Below, piece by piece: positions 54,756 through 64,000 of a stretch of 64,000 bases of DNA. The notes beneath the pieces are model-generated. The model was not told the DNA's origin. It saw only the letters and a program-made list of their open reading frames with translations, and did not search any database. The first letter of the stretch is position 1. Every line of letters starts with the position of its first letter. The translations under genes and the position numbers were made by a program. The DNA comes from Octopus vulgaris (taxonomy: Eukaryota), in contig OX597818.1 in NCBI GenBank assembly GCA_951406725.2, positions 85,064,001-85,128,000 of the forward strand, written 5' to 3'.

Positions 54756-55202
54756 CATACACACACACTTACACTCAGGTAAACATCACACCTATAACTT
54801 TGTGAAACATTTTTTTCACACCCAAAATTGTCGAAGCACAGAATAAAAATACTCGCATCGGTTATTAACTGTCAGGACACTACATCCTTCAAGAATTCCA
54901 TGCTTCCTGAAATTTACCATCACTACTCCAGACGTCCCTACACATCCTTTCCTCTTTATGACTCTTTTACTATTTTCTTTTCTTTTTCTTTCTTTTTTTT
55001 TTTTTTTGTCTTTTTTACAATGTATACTGAGCATGTTCTAGCTATAATTGCTGTCTTTCTTTCACTTCTGGCTACTTTCTATCCCTTTTAACCTTTTCCG
55101 TTGCGTTGTATACACCTGAGCACAGTATGCAACGTGCGCATTATATATCTATTACTATATCTACAAATATATATTTATATTATATATATATATATTCCTT
55201 TA

Positions 55203-55995
55203 TTCTTTTACTTGTTTCAGTCATTTGACAGCGGCCATGCTGAAGCATCGTCTTTAGTCAAACAAATCGATCACCGGACTTATTCTTTGTAAGCCTAGTA
55301 CTTATTCTATTGGCAACTTTTGCCGAACTACTAAGTTACAGAGGCGAAAACACGCCAACATCGATTGTCACGTGATGGGGTGGGGGAGGGGACAAATATA
55401 CACACAATAATACATATATACATATATATACTGGACGGACTTCTTTCGGATTCCGTCTACCAAATCCAAAGGCTTAGGTCGGCCTGAGGCTATATTAGAA
55501 GACATACCCAAGACGCCACGCAGTAGGACTGAACCCTGAACCAAAAGCAAGCTTCTTACCACACAGCGACGCCTATATATATATATATATATATATATAT
55601 AAGCGCAGGCTTGGCTGTGTGGTGAGAAGCTTGCTTCCCAACCATATAGTTCCAGTTTTAGTCCCAAGGTGGATTTGGTAGACGGAAACTGAAAGAAGCC
55701 CGTTGTGTATATGTATATATATAGAGAGAGAAAGAGAGAGAGAGAGAGGGGTGCATGTCAGTGTGAGTGTGTGCGTGCATATATCTGTGTTTGTGTTTGT
55801 CCTCCCATCACAACTTGACAACCGGTGTTGTGTGTTTACATATTCGTAGCCAGCGGTTCAGCAAAAGACATCGATACAATATTTACTACACTCAAAAATA
55901 AGTCCTGAGGTCGATTTGTTCGACTAAAACCCTTCAAGGTAGTGCTCCAGCATGGCCACAGACAAATTACGAAAACAAGCAAATGAATAAAAGAA
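55203..55995. mobile_element. head-to-head pair of SINE family B (55203-55575 -, 55602-55995 +) separated by (TA)n
   Basis: Both copies carry head and tail motifs in opposite orientation. Confidence 0.85.
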
Positions 55996-56045
55996 TATAC
56001 ATACATACATATATATATATGCACACACACACACACACACACACA

Positions 56046-56095
<50 letters not shown>

Positions 56096-56811
56096 GACAT
56101 ACTCATTTAGGCGTGGGGAATCAGAAATCCCTTTAACATCTAAGTGACATATGAAATTTAAATGACGAAGGGACTACAGATTGCAAACTTCTTTCAGTTA
56201 GTCAGGACTTCATTAAGCATATTAAGGAATGCCATATAAATTTCTGGCTGGACTAAAACGTTTCGCAATCGAGAGCAGCCATTTAAATAAATATATTCAC
56301 TCAGCAGCAATTACTTTTAGAATTTTATTGCGATAATGGTATGGGTGGGAGAACTTTGAAATGCACTGAAACCACGTTCGTTTAAGATCCTGTAGCTGAT
56401 GAGAGGTTTACTATGTCCACTTGTTTTTAATCGTTTTCTATGTCATTTATACACATACATACACACAGGCATGCGGTCGCGCGCACACATATACTGAGTC
56501 CCATAAAGCTATCAAATTCCTTCATACAAAAACTATTCCATATACTACTTTACTAACGGGACTACATCCTATGAGTTATACAAGTTTCGATCAAATATGC
56601 ATCAGTATATGTACTCGCACACATCTGCACATACAGACTTTCCCACCCGCACAGGTGCACAACACGCGCCCGAACGTACACACAAGTACCTATGTGTACA
56701 AATACACATACATACAGAGCAGCTTAATAGAGTAAGCTCTAGTCATAATGAGATCCAGAGAAGCAGGCGATAGCAGAAGACCCAAGCGGAATAGCATCGT
56801 TAAAAGTCTAC

Positions 56812-56860
<49 letters not shown>

Positions 56861-57276
56861 TTACAAATACAAAAGAGGGAATCAGACTCACTATCCTTGT
56901 TGTTGTTTTTGTTGCAAGCGTGCACGGCATGCGTGTGTGTACGCTAGTAATAAACATATATGATGTATATGTATATGTAAATCCGTATGTATGTGTACTT
57001 GAGTATGTGTATGTAAGTATATACATATAAGTGTATCTAAGCATTTATACAAGACACAAGCATGTGTATGTGTGTGTGTAATTTTGTACAAGTAGGTGTT
57101 TGTGTGTGTAGAAGAAACTGAATGGGTGGATGTCTATGCTAGTGCGTGAAATTGAATGTTTGCGCATATGTGTGGATGTGTGTGCTCGTGTGTGTGTGCC
57201 CACACGAACCTAGATGTATAGCCTCGCTTTATTTGTATATGCAAATAGATTTGTCTCAGGTATGTATATATATATG

Positions 57277-57322
<46 letters not shown>

Positions 57323-57844
57323 CATATATATATATATACATATTATATATATATATATATATATGGGTTTGGCTGAGGTGTGTGCAACAGAGTGTGTATA
57401 ATCATGTAGGTTTATATATCTGTACTATGAACATTTGCTGTGTGCTGCATGTATATCCTAAGATTGAGCTGTGCTTCATATTGTGTTTATGTTAGAATAT
57501 TGTGAGTGTGTGTGTGTGTGCCTTGTGTATATATAACGTGCAATGCAATATACGTAATACGAGTGCGTGTATATGTACAATTATGCATGCGATGTGAGCA
57601 ACGTAGTGTAGTATACATTATATATGTAGCATAATGTAATATGTAATTTAATGGTCAGAATAATGTAACGTAGCGTGTATAGAGTACGTATCACATACTG
57701 AAGTGCATAATACCAGCATCACCATCGTCACTAATACCACCACTACTATCATCGTTATTCTCATCATCATCATCAAAAGCAGCAGCTAACATCATCCTTG
57801 TTTTCATGCGCGATGTGCATGAATATCATGTGTTCGCGTGTTAC

Positions 57845-57928
<84 letters not shown>

Positions 57929-58076
57929 GCATATTTACCTGTTGTGTGTGTGATTGTGCGTGTGTGTATTAAGACTCTATTCAATCTCTGGCAACCAGCT
58001 TTTGAGTTCCGTGCGAGTTTAAGTCCGTATTTATGAGTCAGAGTATAACGTTTGGGTGTGTATGTTTGTCTAAGCA

Positions 58077-58124
<48 letters not shown>

Positions 58125-58482
58125 CAACCAGCATACTACAACACGATGTATGCGCATGCGCAGGTGCTATGGGCGCGCGGCGAGCACACACGCATACACA
58201 TGCATGCACACCCATACAAGTATATATACACTCATACACATAAATATGTGTGTGCGTGAGTATATATGTATACATATATATATATAACATTTATTTGCAC
58301 TTAGGTGTGTAGATAAATGTCTAGGTATATGCGCGTATGTATAAATCCGGGTGTTTGAGAGTAAGGACGAAAATTTGTGTGCGCGCACGTGTGCAGATAT
58401 ATGCATCCGCGTTAATCCGTATAGATGTGTGTGTGCGTGTGTAAATGCTCATGTAATCTACGTGCTAACAATCGCGTGATAT

Positions 58483-58570
<88 letters not shown>

Positions 58571-58730
58571 TTATGCGTAATGTTGTCGAATCGATACAAT
58601 CGTATCTCATATCGTATGTAAAGCACGCATAAATCTATTCACGCAATCTTGCAGCACATATACACACACAAATACATAATGCACACACAGACACACGTAC
58701 ACAAATAAATATCACACACGCACGCACACG

Positions 58731-58793
<63 letters not shown>

Positions 58794-58851
58794 ATACAAA
58801 TGCAAACAGACGCACGTACACTTCTACATACGCGATCACTTCGAATCAATT

Positions 58852-58883
<32 letters not shown>

Positions 58884-59403
58884 TCTCTCTCTCTCTCTCA
58901 ACAACTCCTGCTCGCATCAACGTACGTGCGCACACGTAAACACATAAACACACTAAACTAGAGAGGGGGTGAGAGAGAAATAGTGTGTGTGTGTGTGTAT
59001 ACGTGTATACGTGTGTATACGTGAATGTGTGTATACGTGTGTATGTCTGTATTTCGGGGGAGTGAGAGAGAAAAGCAATCGTTTTGTTCAAAGATTTAAA
59101 CATTTATACAGCATACATAAGTGAATCATTTACATACTCACTCATATGTGTGTGTGTGTATACATATACATATACATATACATATTTATATAGACACACA
59201 CACACAAGAGTGAGTGGAGAATAAAGAGATAGAGAGAGAAAGGGAGAGAGAGAGCGATTGATTAGATATGTCTGTGTGGATCTGATTCTAAACGAGACTA
59301 AGAAAAGCGATAATTTTGAACAAAGATTTTTAAAATTATAGAGAATATATAAATAAATTACCTACACAAACACACACACTTATACACTCATGCATATACA
59401 TAC

Positions 59404-59492
<89 letters not shown>

Positions 59493-59662
59493 GACAGATA
59501 TACACATACACAAAAAATACATAGACAGTTATGGGAGGCTGAGAAAGTGATTACGAAAAAGGTACGCGCGCGCACACACAAATATACGCTGAGTATATGT
59601 GTATATTTGTAAGAAATATTAAAGCGGGTGGTGGTGGTGGTGGTAGTGTATGTGTGTGTGTG

Positions 59663-59696
<34 letters not shown>

Positions 59697-59948
59697 TGAT
59701 TTATTCATATATTCTGTATAAATGTTTAAAATCTTCGTACAAAATACACGCACACATACAGAATACGGCACAGATTCATATACACACATAGATGCAATAC
59801 ATAAGCGTTCACAGAAAGAAAAAAAAAAGAAGCAAAATTGATTCTAAATGCCAAACAGTTACAAATACACAAATCTATATACATAAACTATACATACATT
59901 TAGTCAACTCCGTCGTATACACACACTCATACACATACATACACACAC

Positions 59949-60012
<64 letters not shown>

Positions 60013-60102
60013 CCATCTTCACATATACACCCACACGTTACTGATTAGATACTCGCTGTTTTCATTATGGAAGTGAGAGAGCTCGCATGTTCTAATTCCA
60101 CT

Positions 60103-60143
60103 GGGACTGATGAGAGTAAATTATGTTGAAACAGCGGTCTTTT
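60103..60143 (+). ncRNA. possible degenerate hammerhead motif
   Basis: GGGA-CTGATGA-(14 nt)-GAAA-CAGCGGTC-TTTT. Stem III is near-palindromic; stems I and II are weak. Confidence 0.35.
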
Positions 60144-60733
60144 ACTTGTTTGATTCGTATATTTTCTCTGTGGATTTTAATATTATATGACTATAATGTT
60201 ACCCGTGTTACAACGAGTAACTCTGGAAGGATATTTTTGCCACCATGGGTAATGTCAGGAAGTATGGCATATACAGAATAATTATAATTCAACTTCAATC
60301 AAATTTTTTTCATGTTTATACAAAATAATGAAATACATACAATTATAAGAAAACTGTATATATATTAATTTGAAATACTATTAAATAGAATTTCTCACTT
60401 TTAATAACTCCACTCACAACCATAGACATTTGCTGCTCCTTTTCATCCTGTCCTTCCCCACCTCCTCTTTCTCCGTCTTTCTCTCCCCCTCTCTCTGTCT
60501 GTGTGTTTTTGTTTGTGTGTAGCGTACCTTTACTCATTGCCTACCACCAAGCCTGCCATATACACCCATCTTGCACCTCTTCTAAATACACACGTACACA
60601 CACACATACACACACACATATGTATACATATATATAATCTTTACTCTCACTTTACCATGTAAAGTTTGACTGGAGAAACGAACATTTATATCAGGCATCA
60701 CACACACACACTCACGTGTGCATATATGTATGC

Positions 60734-60803
<70 letters not shown>

Positions 60804-60884
60804 GCACATACACACGCACATATATATAGTGAGTGTTGAGAATGAAAAATAAGTGTGATATGCATATCCACGGAGAAATGCTCA

Positions 60885-61245
60885 GATGAATGAGAACTCA
60901 AATTCCAACTCCTTCGTCCCATGAAGTTCCAAGGTTCGATTCCACCGCATGATATGTTGAACAACTGTCATCTTTTATAACATCGAGTTGACTCATATCT
61001 AATGATTGAAATGGGGTGGATGGAAACTGGATAGAAACTGGTCGGGTAGATTGTATCTGTAATCCAAGAAGTACAGCCTTGTCACAACGCATTGTGTCAT
61101 GCTGATTTTACCTAAGTAATAAGGTTAAGAGTACAGGTGCCTATGGAGTACTCAGCCACTTATATGTTAATTCAAGAAGTGATAATCTAGTTGTTCGAAC
61201 AACTGAATCATCGCCGTCAAACGACGGAGATCCACCATCACCACT
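60885..61245 (+). mobile_element. degenerate tRNA-derived SINE (family D)
   Basis: GGTTCGATTCC B-box; body CAGCCACTT.CA.GTTAATT..GTTGATCGAA.AACTG shared with ~32525-32670 and ~45090-45250. Confidence 0.55.
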
Positions 61246-61766
61246 GTTATATCTATCAAATCAATTCAAGATACCCCTACTTTGCAAATGTCTGAAATTA
61301 TGCCAAGCATTGTTATTTGTAGGTGAAAAATATTTTATATCATCGATACCATTTTCTCTTTCCTCCTTAGATAAAAAGGCAAAAAGAAACGAAAACGTCT
61401 TCTGCATTTTTATTAAAGACTACACCAGATCACGAGATCACGTGTAGCTCTTTTCCCTAAGGGATTCATTAGACTCAATAAGCAACGGAACTCGCCATTT
61501 TTGCAGTTTTTCGCATTCTCTTTTTCAAGTTTACTTCTTTCAATCATTGGACTGCCATGAAATGTTTATTCCAGTCATGGGCAAACTGCGATCCGCGAAA
61601 CGTTCTGAATGACACCCTTAACGAAATATTGCCCTCAAAATTTTTCCAATAGCCATGACTCATGCGGCCCTGCTTCTCGAAAAAGGTTGCTCAGGCCTTA
61701 TTTAGTACATTTAATTCACCCCAGCAGCTTCTTTTTTAAAACTATCTTTAAAGTCTGGTACTTATT

Positions 61767-62640
61767 CTCTTTTGCCGAACTGCTTGGTGACGGGGATGCA
61801 AATAAGCCAACACCGGTTGTCAAGCGATGGTGGTGGGGAACATACACATGTGCACACACAGTCGTTATTACCGGCAGAAGCAGTATTAGTTCAAATTAGC
61901 ATTCTGTATATTATACTTAACGCAAATATAATGGAGAAAGTCTGGTGAGTGAGGTATTCGCCTCCAGAAAGCATCTTGTATAGAATCATAATATCAAAAA
62001 ATGCAGAAATATATCCTCTTTTACCGAAGTGCTGAGTGACGGGGACGCAAATAAACACCAGTTGTCAAGCGATGGTGTTGAGGAATACACACACCCGCAC
62101 GCGCGCGCACGCAGACACAGAGTCGTTATCACCGACGGAAGCAGTATTAGCGTCGGCTCCGTATCGATTAGCAGTATTAGCATTCTATATCTTATACTTA
62201 GTGCAGAGATACTACAGAAAGTCTAGTGAGTGTGGTATTCGTCTTCAGAAAGCTTCTTGTATAGACCTATAATGTCAAAAAATGCAGAAATATATCAGTA
62301 TCACATGAAAAGTGACTTGCAGCGGTAATAGGATTGCTAAATAAGTATTTCTACTTCTTTGAGCACCATCAGTAGCAAGTATCCAATAGAGACCACGAGC
62401 TAAAACAAACTTATCTTCTGTCGATAGAGAAAGATGGTAATTAGCAAATCCCTGATGTGGCATTTAGCCGGTAGACTTGGTAAAAATTCCTTATTAGCAA
62501 TGGAAATCGTATTAGTTCAAATTGGCATTCTGTACATCACATTTAACGCAGATATACTGTAGAAAACCTGAAAACTGTGGTATTCCTCTCGAGAAAATAT
62601 CTTATATAGATGCTTAGTGTTAAAAAATAACGATATGTCA
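61767..62640. repeat. diverged tandem duplication of a composite unit (SINE B fragment plus unknown ~150 bp)
   Basis: Units 61767-62015 and 62016-62296, partial third unit ~62492-62640. Confidence 0.75.
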
Positions 62641-62987
62641 AACCTATGGCGGTATGGTACAAGGATCTTAATTGAAGATGATAATGATGATGATGGTGTT
62701 GGTGGTAGTGATGATGACGACGACGATGATGATGAGTATACACAACACCACCGTGACAACGACGACGTTCAGTCCTACAACATATCAGGTCCGCCATTTT
62801 ACCTTTCTACTGGTTCATATCCCTGTTGTCTATTACATCATTAATTTTATTCTTTCACCGATTTCAACGATTGAACTGTGACCATGTTGGAAGCTTTATG
62901 GTTTTCTAGAGTAAACATAACCGGTGGGGGGGATCGAATTCTGCGTTTGATTGGTACTTAGTTTCTCGACTTCGAAATGGAGGTTAT

Positions 62988-63050
<63 letters not shown>

Positions 63051-63103
63051 TTGTCTTTCATATCTGCTCATTTCTTACCCTAGTAGCTATTGTTGCTGAC
63101 ACC

Positions 63104-63154
63104 ACCAAACTGAAGAATAGTATCACTGGTGACGAAATTCTGTTGAAATTTGGT
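63104..63154 (+). ncRNA. possible degenerate hammerhead motif near (TA)n
   Basis: ACCAAA-CTGAAGA-(17 nt)-GAAA-TTC tgtt GAA-A-TTTGGT: 6-bp stem I, but the NUH triplet is damaged. Confidence 0.4.
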
Positions 63155-63634
63155 TGATAACTAATGAGGGATTTGATCTTGTCCTGCATCTATTATGTGC
63201 GTTTACTAATCTGTGTCAGATTGTGCATGCACACACACACACACACGTACATATATGTATGTATTTCTTTCCTTCTCAGAGCGTCTTATTAATACTTTGC
63301 ATGTACTACGTCCTCGCATTGTTTTTCTTGTCTTTTTCTCTTTTTTTTATTAATTATATATATAAAGAGAGAGAGAAAGAGAAAGAGAAAGGGAGAGAAA
63401 GAGAATTACAGATACAGATATATCGAATCGTAATATCATACAATATAAATTCTTGATTTATTAAAATTATCTCTGTCCCTGGAGGATGTGTCATAATAAC
63501 CAAATGGCAATTAAGACCAGCTTCACTTGAGAAAGGGAGATAATCTCAAGATTGAAAACTGACATGCTATCAAAGAAAAGGAAAGGCTTATTGTCTGAAG
63601 ATAAAGTATCAGTCATGGACACATGTTTTTAGCT

Positions 63635-63997
63635 CAACCATTGAACCAATGAGAGTTCTACTAAGTGGTCTCCCCATGTACTAGAAATAGCGCCAAACCA
63701 AACCCTATCTTCTTGAAACAGAAAAGATGTTGGTTTAAAATTTTGGCACAAGGCCAGTAATTTCGAGAATGGAGTAGGTCGATTACATCGACCCAAGTGT
63801 TCAACTGGTACTTATTTCATCGACCTCGAAAAGATGAAGGCTGAATTTGAACTCAGAATGTAAAGACGGGCGAAATGCCGATAAGCATATGTACGAAATG
63901 GTCATAGCTGAATAGTCAGATTTTCGTCTTAGGCTTTGCTCAATCAGGACTGACTTAGGTTGTGCAACAACAACAACAACAACAAACAACAACAACA
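63635..63997. mobile_element. family C repeat (+) with (AAC)n tail interrupted by SINE family A (63735-63890, -)
   Basis: CTAGAAATAGC..[TTTTGGCACAAGGCCAG..ATTTGAACTCAGAA]..TGGTCATAGCTG..CAACAACAAC. Confidence 0.7.
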
Positions 63998-64000
63998 TTG

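Overview
Eukaryotic, AT-rich, extremely repeat-dense window with no convincing intact protein-coding gene. Nearly all listed ORFs are microsatellite translations. The SINE families resemble those I recall from Octopus (coleoid cephalopod); this is an inference. The window holds dozens of SINE copies from at least 4-5 families and decayed transposon fragments: two Dong/R4 LINE 3' ends inside (TAA)n tracts, a ~2 kb Tx1/L1-clade RT relic, a CR1/L2-like 3' end, a maT/DD37D-like Tc1/mariner transposase, a Helitron PIF1 helicase piece, Helentron-type non-autonomous elements and a mariner MITE. An 8.06 kb exact duplication straddles a 100-N gap and is most likely an assembly artefact. The most interesting signal is a set of short non-coding elements carrying type I hammerhead ribozyme (HHR) motifs of the Penelope/retrozyme kind. 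They mostly sit in or next to microsatellites, often (TA)n, and repeatedly show fold-back duplications. The best example is 9547-10629: perfect 409-bp inverted arms, a 142-bp direct repeat with 533-bp period, and an apparently intact HHR with an unusually long stem II on each strand.
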